A stretch of DNA of 64,000 bases. Source: Atractiella rhizophila. Its lineage: Eukaryota. Under the pieces are notes generated by a model. That model worked only from the letters and a program-made list of their open reading frames with translations. It had not been told where the DNA came from and made no database searches. The stretch's first letter is position 1. Each line of letters opens with the position of its first letter. Of this stretch, positions 13,001-25,975 are shown in pieces. Both the position numbers and the translations under genes were made by a program. Location of the stretch: positions 1-64,000 of the forward strand of contig MU271438.1 of the NCBI GenBank assembly GCA_021432655.1. Direction: 5' to 3'.

Positions 13001-15412
13001 CTGGCCATGATGACAGGGATAGTGATAGCAGGCTGTTCAGAAAGGGATTTAAAGATTTCAGGTGTTGCGGACGCCCCATAGATCTTAACGAGATTTCGCT
13101 TAACAATTGAAGGGCTAGGGATTCCGAGGTCCTCAGGCAACTTGAAGACATCCTTCTCCGCTTGAGACATTCGTTGGATCTTGATCAGTAGCGGTCGGAG
13201 GTAGGCCATGGCTCGAGAATTCGTTTCGATTGTGATGGAGAAGATATGTCGCTCGTGCTCGATGTGAAATATGATCTCCTCACTCGCCCCTCTCGCCTTG
13301 TGACCTGTTCACGCCCGTGTTATGTCAAAGGTTTTGAAAACAAACAATCAATCGACGCACTAGATGATTCACCCCTGGGCATCTCGGTACCAGTATTCGC
13401 GGGAGGAAACGCAACCCATTCATCGTTCAACACGCTCCAATCCCCTCCATCCCTTCCGGTGCAGACCAGGTCCACCTCCCAGCTCGGTAGCTTGCGATAG
13501 CTGATACCACAACGCGGTCTGGTACTCAGATCTACCCTTTTCCGCTCTAGCGCATCCTCATTTTCAATATACCATTCTTCCCCCTCAATCCTCCCGCCTC
13601 CACTATCTCGCCTTTCCACATCCCATCCGACAATTTCTTTGAACGTCTCTATATGCAGTTCGCTATCGCCGAGAAATTCATACGCTCGATCCATAAGATC
13701 ATCAAGTTTGATAATTTTTGCATTGTAGAGACCAAGAAGACGGAGGAAAGATTGGTAACGGGCCTTGTTGTCCCATGCCTTCTTCAACTCATCAAAAAAT
13801 GTGACGTCGTGAATCGGGACTGGAGCCAGATGTCGAGGTATGGAAGCTTGATGTTGGAGCGACTGGAGCGCGTCCAGTCGCTGAACAGCGGTGAGTTCAG
13901 GTTGTTGAATCGCACTGACATATGGTGCGTCCAAGATCGGTGGATTGAAGGCTTCCTCCAGCACAGGCGGAGGCGAAGCAGGGCGAGCCGTTGCCTTTGT
14001 GCTCGTGCGCGCATTTCTGGCTCTCTTGCTCGGAGGCTGCAATTTTCGGTGTGGCAATCAGCATGAGAAAAAAGGCGATAACAGGGAAGAGACGAACGGG
14101 GGGAGCGGCTTCCTCCTCCTTCTCCTTTTCTTTCGCCTTCGCATGCGCGTTTGCGGCTCCTGTACCCCGAATCCTCTTCTTCGGCGGAGGAGGTGGTAAG
14201 ATGGCAGAGGCGTCGTCCTCGTCCCTCTGACGCTTCGTGGATACCCCCTGTCTCCTCCTCTCCGTCGTCGTCGGGGTATCATGTTTCGATGTGGTGGCGG
14301 GTTTTGCTCCTTGGGCAGGCGGTATCGATGCTGGTTGCAAGGAGGGAACAGAGGCGGGAGGAGCGGAGTTGTCAGGGAGAAACTGCTTAAATTCGGCTAG
14401 CAAGTCTGGCGCGTCTGCGAATAGCAGGGTCACGGAATGATAGACCTCTTGTATGGGCTTTGAATCTTTTTGGTATGTCTGAAGGATCTCAAGAAACTCT
14501 TTGTACGTCCTTGCGTCGTGTGCATACCTCCAGGGAGTAAAAATCAGTTGAGTACTGAGAAGGATAGAGAACAAGTAGCGTACCTTGTCTTGATTTTATT
14601 CACATAGTTAATAGCGTGATTAAACTCGACCGCTCCTTTCGATCCATTGGCACCTGCGTTCAGGACGCTAGCAGCTCCAGGCGTGACCAGTGGAGCAGCA
14701 CTTTGGGTTGGAGCCATCAAATCTTGAGAGACTTGGGTGGGCATAGAGATATGAGATGGATGTGCTACACCCGTATGGTTACGCGGCTGAGGGGTTGGCG
14801 ACAGCTGGGGGATAGACGTTGAGATTCTGGTGGCTATGTCACTTGACCCAGATCCAATCGTCGTTCCATTCATGAGATTCGGGCTTGAAATCCCGTTCAA
14901 ATGCTGATGCACCCCATTTGCTTGCGTCCGACTAACATCAAAGATGATGTGAGCTTCGGGAAGCAAAGGTGTCGTAAGGGACGGGAATGCGTACCCTCCT
15001 TGAGGCAGAAAGTTGTGAAAACCTTCCATCAGGTTCTGGTGCTGACTGAAGAGCAAAGAGACTCGGGAAACTACTTGTTCCGTGTTCAAGCTATTACTGC
15101 TCGTGAGGAAATATCCATGCGCGAACAAAGACAACGAACTTTCCGGTCTTAAACTCTCTCATCACATCCAAGAACCTGGCAACAACACCAATATACCCAG
15201 TCAACCAGAGAATGATAGAGCGGACTCACTCATTGTACGTCTCAGGCTTGTCTGCAAAAGTCGTTTTCACTTGGTCCAGATCTGCGTAGACACTTGTCAG
15301 TGGAAGTTGTGAAGTAAAAGGTTCAATTACACCCAAGAGCTATCCTTTCATTCACGACTCCTCCCAATACCTGTGGGAATGTTTCCATTACTACGTTTGC
15401 TGGCAGAGACAT
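10070..15412 (-). CDS. SIN3: Sin3 corepressor (PAH1-3, HDAC-interaction domain present twice, Sin3 C-terminal region)
   Basis: PAH1 (ALGYLDQVKTTFADKPETYN..FLDVMREFK), PAH2 (VEFNHAINYVNKIKTRY..YKEFLEILQTYQ), PAH3 (FFDELKKAWDNKARYQSFLRLLGLY) and HID (CGISYRKLP..CTGRD..VLNDEWV). ATG at 15412, TAA at 10070. Confidence 0.92.
11117..13604. repeat. Tandem direct duplication, 2 x 1244 bp (11117-12360 and 12361-13604), inside SIN3
   Basis: Near-identical ORFs offset by 1244 (10853-11965 vs 12076-13209). Manual alignment gives about 18 substitutions and no indels. Confidence 0.97.
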
Positions 15413-15546
15413 CCCTCCTGCTCAATACTCGTTCGCCTCGATCCTCTTGATTGGTCTACAGTTACGGAATGCGGTCCGATTCAACTTCTACAAGGTAACG
15501 GAAGCGCAACTTCCGACCGCAAGATTCATCAACTTCTTTGAAGCAA
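15413..15546. promoter_or_regulatory. Probable bidirectional promoter between SIN3 and the SP-RING gene
   Basis: The two divergent start codons are separated by only 134 bp. Confidence 0.55.
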
Positions 15547-16813
15547 ATGGATGAGCAGTCCCAAGCCTCCTCCGAGGCCGGAAAGAAGGCGCAGGTTTCA
15601 ATCTCACAGCGAACTGCGGTCTCAAATATTTCACCTTCCAACACCACCAAAAAACGCGTTTCAATTAGAACTACGGTGTCATCCTGCCCTCAAACACAGA
15701 GGTCCAACTCTATCTCCTCAACAGGAGCAGTTTCTCGCAGTTCTGTTCGACTGTCACCTCCCACCCACCAAAAGTCCAACCTATTGCGTGCGGCAAAGAA
15801 GGTTGACATCCCCCCGACTGTACCAACCTGGACGCGACCGAATATCAACATCATCAAAGCTCCACAACTCCCCCAAGTTCATAATCCTCTCTTTGCCAAT
15901 GTCAAAAACTTTTCTCCCCCCTTGCAGCCTTCTGCAGACGGCATTCCAGCAGAATTAGCGATGTGCTGTTTTGGAGAGCTTTTGAGGGAGCCCTATTGTG
16001 TCAGAACTGACCTTTTGGAGCAAGGCTTCCAGTTCAAATTGAGAGACTGGGTTTTCGATAATATACGGTGGCAGGATGCGAACAAAAATGCCCCAGACAA
16101 TGTCTGGATAAGTCTTAGGCTTCATCTCCAGAACACTGATGGCAGGGAGCTGTCCTGGCCTAGTTTGGCTTTGCTCAAGTGTAATGACACTCCAATAACC
16201 TTGACGAAGGTAGGCATGCTTAATTTTCTATCCATCTATTTAGGATTACTGTAGTCTCTAAACCGGAACGGTGATTCCATTATTGCGATTCCATCTCCTT
16301 GTCTCGAGATCAAAAATACTATCCGATTCTCTAGGCTTCCTTCCGCTTCCTGGCCTCCAGGCATCGTGGCACATATCTACCTGTTTTTACACTTTCATCT
16401 GGATTGGCTTTTAGCTCGCATACCTAGCCACAAAGACGAAGCGGAGCTACTCAGACGTTTCATCCAGGACGACCGCTTGGTGATCCCTTTCATCGACATG
16501 AACGAAAACAGGATCAAAATTCCGGTCAGAGGGAAGATGTGTGTGCACAAACAGGCATGACTTCCTTTGTCGTTCCGCGCATACAAGTTGTTGACCGGAC
16601 GGGTAGTGTTTCGATTTGGAGAGCCACTACAACCTGAACAAGGACATGGGATCGTGGAATTGTCCTGTTTGTGGGAAACATGCGGGACCATTTGATCTTG
16701 AACGCGACCCTGTGGTGGAGGAGCTGATCAGAGAGAATCCATGGAGTAATGGGATCAATGTGCCATGGAAGGAGGCAGAGCCTAAGACAGTGGTGAAAGA
16801 AGAAGGGGGCTGA
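15547..16813 (+). CDS. SP-RING (zf-MIZ) domain protein, SIZ/PIAS-type SUMO E3 ligase-like
   Basis: Three exons give the SP-RING pattern RIKIPVRGKMCVHKQ/CFDLESHYNLNKDMGSWNCPVCGK. The second intron (16555-16606) has a GC donor. Confidence 0.8.
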
Positions 16814-17780
16814 GCCAATTTTGCAGCCTCAGCGCTTTTCGATGTACTGTATTGAGATTCTCTTTAGTGAGGAGCTGAACATTGACTCTCTTCCAGAGCC
16901 TTTACTCAATGTATCACTTTCCCCTCATCTCTTCAATACACCATTCCAACTCTCACGCCCTTTTCTTTTGCCATTCCCCCTACATCTCTTTCTTCACTAC
17001 CGTTATCACTCACCCCGTGACACGAAAAGAATCAATGCACAGTCGTTCCAGAGATGACCGACATAGCCAGATGCATTCAGTGGCTGGTTATAGCAAAGAG
17101 CCAAAGAGTCGACGTCTGATTTGCGCGAGCATATCTGCTGGCGGAGCATTTTCATGCAGAGGGAGACCTCATGAGACACTGCTGTTCAGAGCCACTGGCG
17201 TTCTCGTTGCTCAGGCTGATCATGTGGCAGGGGTTAGAAGGTACCCTGCTGACACTTGTTTAGGTTGTGTCTTCACTCCTTCCGATAGAAACGAAGAGTG
17301 GACTTCATTCGCACCCGCATGTCCATCTTGTTTTAATTTCGAGCGAACTTTGGATTCTTCAGAAAGCTGGAACATCTGATTGGAATATCACAGGAGCCAA
17401 CTTAGGCTGTGTCCCAATACGTTGAAGAATCCAAGGAAGCGGGACGAGGGCAATAACGGTGGCACAAGAGGGAAGAATTCTAGAGAATAGAGCGAAATCA
17501 TTGTGCAATTGTACTATTCTTCATTCTGACGTTCTACAGCGCCTTTTTCATAAAATTACTTTCGACACCAGTTTGGGCACAATCCTTTCCAGTCTCGAGT
17601 AACAACCGAATAAAAGATGAAGCAGAACGAAGGATCTTGAGAACGGACCGCGATTGGAATTCAACGACGATGGCACGAATAAACCCCTTGAACGAACGAA
17701 CAACCCAGTGGAAGACAGAGAGGAGCGAAAGCACAAAGGATGAACGGAATGATTTACTTATAAACAAACACGCTTAGACA

Positions 17781-19866
17781 TTAAGAAGCAAAGTCATCCA
17801 CCTTTGGTGAATTCCAACGGGACGGAGGGAGTCTAGGAGAGCGAGGGGACGATCTCGGGGGCTGGTACGGCATGTCAATGACCGCTTCTTGCACAGGAGG
17901 CGAACGAGGCGGAGGGTATATCGTATCGAACGAGCCTGCGTGAGCTTCTGCCTCTTTCGATTTTGCGGCATGAAAGGTGTCGTCGGGATAAGCCACATGA
18001 ATATCCACTTCGTCATCTCCCTCAAAATTCGCCATCGCATCCATCCGGCTAGGATACGATGTTGGCAGTGTACTACGGACTTGACGCGAGACGGAGAATC
18101 GTCGCATGGACACCGAGACTCCTGATTTTTTGCGCGATGATTGAGCTTCAACTGATGGGCCGGAGCGAGAGGACAGCTTGTGATTTGCCGTCGAGTCGAT
18201 GGCGCGGAGCATAGTTAGGACCTGGATGAAAACATTGAGCTGTGAATAATATACGGGATGAAAAACATACGTTGGCAATAAGCCCAAAGGCAGCGTAGAT
18301 GTACAAGCTCCTAGAGTGCTTTCGTTAAATCGTGCAAAGGATGGTAGAAAAAGACGTGCCCCAATGTCTCGATCTGATATGGGACTGGCTTATGAAGCAC
18401 TCCTGTAGTGTCTGCACAAATCCATACCCTGTACACATGTGAGTGAGAGCCAAATGATCGTTTGGCAACATACACCAGAAACGTATAGAGCCCGCCTGTC
18501 ACAGAACCAAGCTCAGACCTCTTCGGAAGACAATACCAAGTAAAGACATACCGCAACTAATCACAGCGGCACAGGTCCACGAAAGGTTCGCATACGCGAT
18601 AGTAAGGGAATAGTGCTGTCGCATTTCCTCCTTTGACATTTGTGGCCTTGATCGGTCGGCCAAAACTGGATCACCGTAGCTGAAAAAGCTTGACACGGGA
18701 GCGTTAAATCGAGCTTTCATCAGCTTGATTTGTGATCGTAAGGTCTTGATATATACGAGAGCTATTGGGAGGTATATCTAGTTGGAACTATTGCTTCAGT
18801 GCCGTGTTCTCGACCAGATGAGAGAAAGCGCACAAGCAGCGTGCCACCGACAACAACCACCCAAATGTAGTACCCTGCGCGAAACAAGTGGATAAAAGTT
18901 TTGACTTTCTGCAAAAAATCGCTGAGGAAAGGGATATAAGGAAGAAATTGTTCAAGGTCGAGGTTTCCGGTGTAAGTTGGTGCCGCTTCTACCATCAAGT
19001 TGTCCAGCTTCAAGTATTCTCGAAATCCCTCGTTATACGTGAGATTGGCGAAGACGAAGACAATAATAATTGCGATGGTTGATCCAATAGAAAGGGTGAT
19101 AAAAAACGCGTTGACGACTATAGGGGGGATCGGCGCGATCCAAGACGACTCTGGACTTCGTTTGTGGCGAGCAGACATGAATGTGGTTATCAAAACTCCT
19201 GTGCTCTTATCAACCTGTGCTGACGAGCAGAAGGGACAATGAGAGGACGAACCCCAAGTCTCGCTAACAAGCGTAAGATATAAAGGTATCCAGACTACGG
19301 TGTGAACGTGAGAGAGGAAGAGGCGAAAATAATGAATGCCCACTTATCGACTTCCACAAGACAAAATTGATTTGTGACCCATGATCTCGATTTACTCTGA
19401 TGGTAACCCAGATGTATCCTTGAAGGACGGCAAGGAAGGTACCCGTAAGGAGGGTGAAGGTATTCGACGTTTGGGGACATATGAAAGGTCCTCTTGATGT
19501 CGGAATGAACCTGAAAAGTGCGAACGTTGCGCGTCTCCTCCAACGTAGGAAGAGAGTGACGAAAACACATATTAGCGCCCTATTTGACACGTCAATATTC
19601 TGTGCCTCAACAGAATGAGTGCCTACACGGCATAAATTCCTGAAAGGATGTACAGCTGGATGAAAGTGCTCGTAGGAAGGTCCGGGTAGAGCTCTTCTCG
19701 CAACACTATCCAGACACAATCCATCAACAATTTGTTCCAGGTCAGAGGGCGAAAGTGGCTTACCAGCTCTTGCCAACACGTAAGGATTCTCCCCCGGCGC
19801 GAGCTTTTGAAGCAGTCCCTGAAGGTATGCGAGTACTTTCGGATCCAGGCTGTCCGCTGAAGCCAT
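17781..19866 (-). CDS. Orphan multi-pass membrane protein with about 7 predicted TM segments (paralog A)
   Basis: The spliced model gives seven hydrophobic stretches and an S/P-rich tail. It shares motifs CPQTSN, WVT.RVNRDH.SQINFVLWKSI.WIPL.LTLV.ETWG and NHK.SSRSGPS with the gene at 61877-63999. Confidence 0.8.
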
Positions 19867-21498
19867 AATCAAGAAGTGACGTCCTCAAGCTGAGAGGTAA
19901 GACTACTTTTGAAAGGCGTGAATGGGTTTGTTGTCGAGTAGGTGATTACGGAATTATGTGTGCGATATCGAACCAGAAGCAGATCCCAGAAGCAAAAACG
20001 GTAAATTAGATATGTCTGAGCAAGTAAATCCCGATAGACGACATGTATGCGATGGCAACAGGGCTACATCAGAGGCGCGACATCTCGACTGGGCAAGAAG
20101 AGCGTAACTCACAGGGTCCAGTACATAAGCCTGCGGGGCGGAAAGAGGAAAATCCCCAACAAGGAAGCGCTTTTATGTTTAGACTTCTATGATGAGCATT
20201 TGGCAGGAAGCCAACTTGTTCTCGATGCATGATGTGCCGGATGTGCTTGGGAGGTGGCTACCTCCGATCTGCTCCCAAAATATTCCTGCACCCTATATTG
20301 ACCAATTCACTTCCTGCCCCTCGATTCAACCTCTATTCCAATTGCAAAATGGCAATTGAGCAACATCCCAGCTCCGCCAAGGTGCCCGAAGCAACAATGA
20401 GACCCGCGATTCTTTTGTGAAGGATTTGCGAGGGGATTGGCATGGCGTGGAGGGAAGATTAGGTTCACATTTTCTTGTCTGTCAAGGCGGGTATCCATGG
20501 CATTTGTCGAGGGGATACGCGATGGAGGACTGGGAATTCAGAGCAGACCTGAAATGAAGCTTATGGGCGCTAGAAACTTGAAGTTCAGTAATAACCGAGT
20601 CCATTGTCAAGCAATGTTCTTGCGAGCTTGTTTCCATCGCAGCTGGCATCAAAGCGCCTCGCAGTTAATGACGAAAAGGCTTGACGGAGAGGGGACAGGG
20701 TCAGGACGAGGAGGGGAGTTGAGGATGCCAATAGAACCAGCTGAAACGGTTCACGGCGAGCAAGACCCAGCCGTCCTGTCTCCTTCTTTCAGCTCCCACT
20801 TACACATGACCTGAGCTGACATCCGGGGGAAATTGTCCAGCAAACTCAGCAAGGAACAGTGACAGGCATAATGAATCAATGCACCTGCCCGCGTCGCCCT
20901 CGTGTGCTGCTTCGGCAGAGGGAAGAGCGGCAACGCAAATTGGAGGCTCGGAGGAGCACGCGAGCTAAGATTGTGCAGCCACGACAGGGGATTTTCACAG
21001 GTACTGCAGGTGTCCACCTGCAGCCTGCAGAGGAAAGGCTAGAAGATAAGAATTGAGAAAATACAACAGAATCGGTCAAGGTGGTCAAGGTAGGGGTCCA
21101 AAATCTCTTTAGCACATGCAAAGTCGTCCGTGCTGGTGCCAGACTGCAGCCTTTCATGGCTTGAAACAAGGCACAAGAAAAACGGCACCGTCAAGCGAAA
21201 AGCATCCTAAAAAGTTGGCTCCAAGTTCCAAAAAAATTGGACAAAGTCGATGGTTCTGGTTGTCTTGCCAAGCGCCGAACAAGAAAGTTTTCATAAAGTA
21301 ATCTCAGATCCCAATCTGAAGCCAACAGTGTGGATCAGCCGGGAGACATCATCATCCGCATTATTGCAGATTATTGATCAAACACGCTTATATCACTCTC
21401 GTAGCATGCAGGTCTTCTTATCACAATGATTGTTATGGATCAGTATTGTTACATGTAAGGAAGCAAAAGGCAGATGTACGACACTTAATCAGGATCGA

Positions 21499-23147
21499 TC
21501 AGTCATCTATCTCAATGACATCCTTCCTCCAATCCCTCTTCCTCCCAGCCGTCGCACTCGCGCTCCCTCCTCTTGATTGCGTACTTTTCCCACCACTCAA
21601 CGTATTACCTTGCCCGCTGAGGCCAGCAAACGGCACGTTTTCTTTCTCCTTCTTGACATTCGCATTGGAAGTGGACGAAAGGTCAGAAGACTCAATGTCC
21701 TTTGGTGGAGGCTTCTTTGCGAATCCAAAGAACAGGACACCGTCTGGAAGATCGAGAGTCGCTGGAATCTGGCGACCGCCAATTTGGGTTTCGGCAGTGA
21801 TGATCTTTGGTTGCCTACGATATCAGGCCATCGATCAGTAGCTATAGATAGGGAGCCTGAGAAAGACCAACCCTGTTCTAAAGATCTTGCTGCTCTCGGC
21901 CACATCCTCAATCTTTTTCGCACTCACACCCTTCCCCTTTATCCTCTTCCCGGTCAACGTATTCCCTCTTCCTTTAAAAGCCTCCCATGGTTCCTCTTGA
22001 ACTACCTCCTTCTCCTTCCCCTTCGCATTCCCCTCTTTAGGGAGCGGTGTGCCAGCTCCACTGCGCTTACCATTTTGATCCACAATCTCCTTGCCATCGA
22101 TGTTGATCTTCAACCTCTCCGCTAGCGTCACCATCCCGCTATTCGACGAGCGTTTTGCAGCTTCTGCTTTGTAATCTGGTTCCACATACCCCAGTGGTGC
22201 CTCAAATTCTACTTCCAGATCTGTGTCGAGCACGCTGATCCCAGGGGCGTCTTCTGGGATAATAGAACGAATAAGGATGCGGAAAATGAGGCTGTTGTAA
22301 GAGATTTCGATGATATCGTTGGCAGTGAGACATGAGAAATTTCGAAGAGCTTGCTCAAGACTGTCCTACGCGTTTAGAGCTCGCGAGAATAAGGAATAGG
22401 GTGGATAGAAAAGCTTACACAGCTTTGGGATCTGACAGTTGGAGGAAGTCAACGGATTGAGGTTGAATCTTGACCCTCTTTCCTTTAGGTAGCTTGCAGC
22501 CAGTGATTCTTATCACGTCCCCTTCAACCAGTTGCAAACGTTCCATCATCTAATGAAATTAGCTAAGACACTTGAAAAGATGTGAGAAGTAACCAACCCA
22601 TTGTGGCAAATGAACGTTTCCTTCGTCAGCGATGAATTCCAGAACACCAGCATGTGTAACAATGGTATCTTTGTGAGGATTCTTCAGCTCGAAGGTCCAT
22701 GGACTTTCAAGATCGAGATTGGTAAGCTGTTGGAGAGCGCTCGGAGGCATTATGACTGCATCATCCTCAACATCCCACTTTCCGCTGGACAGAACGGAGC
22801 TCACTCTTTCCGCCATACATCAGATTGTCCCTTCCACCAGCCGACCGCCCTGGTCTTCCCACCCTGTCCCCTCTCCCTGCCATAGACTCGAGGATCGCAG
22901 TGCTATAGGCCGTGTACGCCTTGTTGAAAGCTCGAGGCGGCGCTCGTGCAAGTGGATGACCGCCATATCCCATTCCGTGGCCTTGATTCCAGGGAGCTGT
23001 AGGAGCGAATGCTTGTTGTGCAATGTCAAAGAGATTCTGAGGAGGCTGTCGTGGGAGAGCTGGAGGGGGAGGCTGATACCGATTGCTTCGAGTACTCATG
23101 TCGAAGGCATCGTCAGGGATATCGAAATCTTCTTCGTCTGAGCTCAT
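21499..23147 (-). CDS. UFD1: Ubiquitin fusion degradation protein Ufd1 (Cdc48 cofactor)
   Basis: Motifs NLMYGGK/IMPPSALQQL, THAGVLEFIADEGNVHLPQW, LDTDLEVEFEAPLGYVEP and an SHP-box-like FKGRGNTL. Confidence 0.95.
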
Positions 23148-23526
23148 GTTTGTTGGTTCGATTGGCTAGTAAGATCTGTCTGTTGACTCTGAGCAGATGC
23201 CTGGTGATTCTGGCAATGGGATTCTGAAATATCAATCTTATATCAAGTTGGTGAAGACAAGGGAATGACGCGGTCTAAAATCGTACGTACACGCGGAACC
23301 GAAATTGCCGCACACTCACCTGACCTAAACGCGAAGCCGTTGTTGTTTTTGGTTCTTCATCCAGGAACTCTCCTCTTTCCTGTCTACTCACGACTCAGGG
23401 ATACTATCTCTTGACTCCTAAGGGCTTTATTGAAGCTATCAGTAAGTATTGTCTTCAACCTCCCAACACTGAAACGCTGAAATGACAGCAATCACCCAGA
23501 AATCACCCAACAAACGGCTCCAAACA

Positions 23527-24441
23527 ATGTCTCATGTTTTCGACGCCTATAACTCCTCTTTCCCCTCTCCTGGCTCTCCATCACCTTCAGGATCAACCTC
23601 ATACTATACCAACAATACGCAATCTGCATATACCACCACTTCTTCAGGCTCGTCCAACTCGATGGACGTCAGCGCAAGCGGGGGAGGAGGCATGAGCAGG
23701 ATCAGGCAGGTTCCTGATTTGAAGAAGAAACTGGTGGTTGTTGGAGATGGTGGTTGCGGGAAGACGTGTCTTTTGATCGTTTACAGCGAGAAACGATTCC
23801 CGGAGGTGCGCACTTCATCTCTAACGGTTTAATAAAGAGGTTGAAACACTGTTTGATTGGGGAAGGCTTATGTGCCGACTGTGTTCGAGAATTATATCAC
23901 CTACTTGACCCTTCCTGGAGATGTGAAGCTCATAGAACTAGCACTTTGGGACACCGCTGGTCAAGAGGAGTACGATCGACTGCGACCGCTCTCGTACCCC
24001 GAATCAGACGTCATCCTCATTTGCTTTGCGATCGACTTTCCCGTCTCTCTCGCGAACGTAGAAGACAAGGCACGTTATTCCTTTTCTGCCTTCCATTGCT
24101 GACATACGACTCGTCTCAAACAGTGGTATCCCGAAGTATCCCACTTCTGCCCTTCCACCCCTCTCATCCTTGTAGGCTGCAAAACGGACCTTCGCACAGA
24201 TCGTCGAACTCTTGAGATGCTGGCGGCCCAAGGCCAACGCCCAGTTTCTACAGAGCAGGGCATGGCCGTAGCGAGGAACATTGGAGCGAAATATGCTGAG
24301 TGCAGTTCGAAGATGGGAGTCGGGGTGAAGGAGGTTATGGAAGGAGCGGTGAGGGAGGCGGTGAAGAAGGGAAAAGCGATGAGTAAAGTTAAAAGCCGAG
24401 TGAGGGGAGGAAGAGAGGGAGGGAAGTGCAGGATTCTCTGA
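23527..24441 (+). CDS. RHO4: Rho-family GTPase, Rho4 type, with S-rich N-terminal extension
   Basis: Motifs [28 protein letters not shown] and [29 protein letters not shown] end CRIL-stop. ATG 23482 probably lies in a 5'UTR intron (23442-23488). Confidence 0.85.
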
Positions 24442-25975
24442 TTTTGGACTATTTCAACGGTTTGGCAGGTGGAAGGACGTTCGAAGAAGTTTCCAACTTG
24501 AATATTGTTGTTTATGTTCCTATGCATATCGGATATGGCCAAACCCTCATGTTTACCTTTACTCTTCCTTCTTGACTCCACAAGTACATCTCAGCATCAT
24601 TTATCCCATTCGTGCTTCCTACTCTGCCTCTTTGTGTTCCTCCTTTACCGTTGCGGAGGAATCATTGTTACCACTTGTAGGCTACATGCATTATGCGTAC
24701 GGATTCAAATCATATCCATTTTCCTGTCTCTAACATTCCTCACGGTTCCTAGACTTAATGTGCCGCTCTCTATCATTCGATTCGAAAACTTGTGCGAGCG
24801 GAAGCAAACCTGGTTTTTCTTTCGTTCAAGGCTCCCGAGATGCAGAATCTGTAATCTTGCTTCGAGCTGGAACAAAAAATACCAATGGCAATCACGAGGA
24901 TTCCGACGAAGGGACAACATGCCTCATGCGGCAGGTGTGTCTCGGTTATTGTGACTTAGTAGTGAGCTTTCCAGGAGTCTAGAGTCATATCGTTGAATAA
25001 CGATCAAGAGGTTGTCCCACAGGTCCTGTTTCGCTTCAAATCAAAGAGAGAAGCGTGAAGATGTTCTGGTGCTTCAAGTTCTGATTGATGATTGATGTTC
25101 GCACATTCGATAATCGTGAAAGGGCCGAGGTCATGCACTGAATTGTGGCGAAATCAAACTTGGGAGGTCGTTTTGACCATGCTCTTGCATTGAAGTGACT
25201 GTAAGCACTATCGGAATCGTCGACGCGTCGACGTCAGGGTGATCCTAAAAAGCACAATGAGAAGATTTATGAAGTGTCAAGTACTGATGTTAGACTGTGA
25301 CGCCTAAAGCAGTGCTTTTTCGCTTGCGGACACTAGGACGAAGATAGATAGCGGGACTCTTGCGTTGTGATTACAAATCACCGCAATGACGAAGAATAGA
25401 AATAATTGGCTGTTTTGCAATTCCATTTCTCGAGCGAGTCGATGCTGAGAGCTGCATAAATCATATTGAAGCGCTCTCAAATGTAGTGAGCAGACTTTTC
25501 ACTGGGCTTTTCATAAGCTTAGACCTCTATTACAACTTGAACACATTCAACCTGCAGGATATAAATCAAAGTGAGCAAAGAGTAGGGACAACTCGAATAG
25601 AAGGGCTTCCGGTGATCCGTTGTCACCATGCCATCACCGTGGATCAACAGATCGTCCTGCATCCAGGGAAACAGAGCCGAGCATGACCATACCCAAGATT
25701 CTGCCCATTGGCGATAGCGATATTGTGCAATCGTTGCAGTGCAGTAAAGGCAACGAAATGGACAATATGGATTGTTGGTCACGTTCCAACGGCAATTTAG
25801 CGTTTAAATTTGTCATTGTTTCACGGAAGGCCCGCAATAAGCTTGGTTTAGCTTGATCGTTATCTGGAAATCTGAAACGCTCGCGAAGAATAAACGACGA
25901 GGTTCCCTTTCGCTGACCCTTCTTTCTGCTCTCTTGTTATTTCGCTTTGCCTATCCCTCTCAGCCTAGACTGGTC

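Noticed and set aside
19900..21450. Several short ORFs on both strands
   Set aside because: No coherent exon chain or recognisable motif; treated as intergenic.
25683..25730. MTIPKILPIGDSD resembling an SGNH/GDSL block I
   Set aside because: Short ORF with no other SGNH blocks; probably chance.
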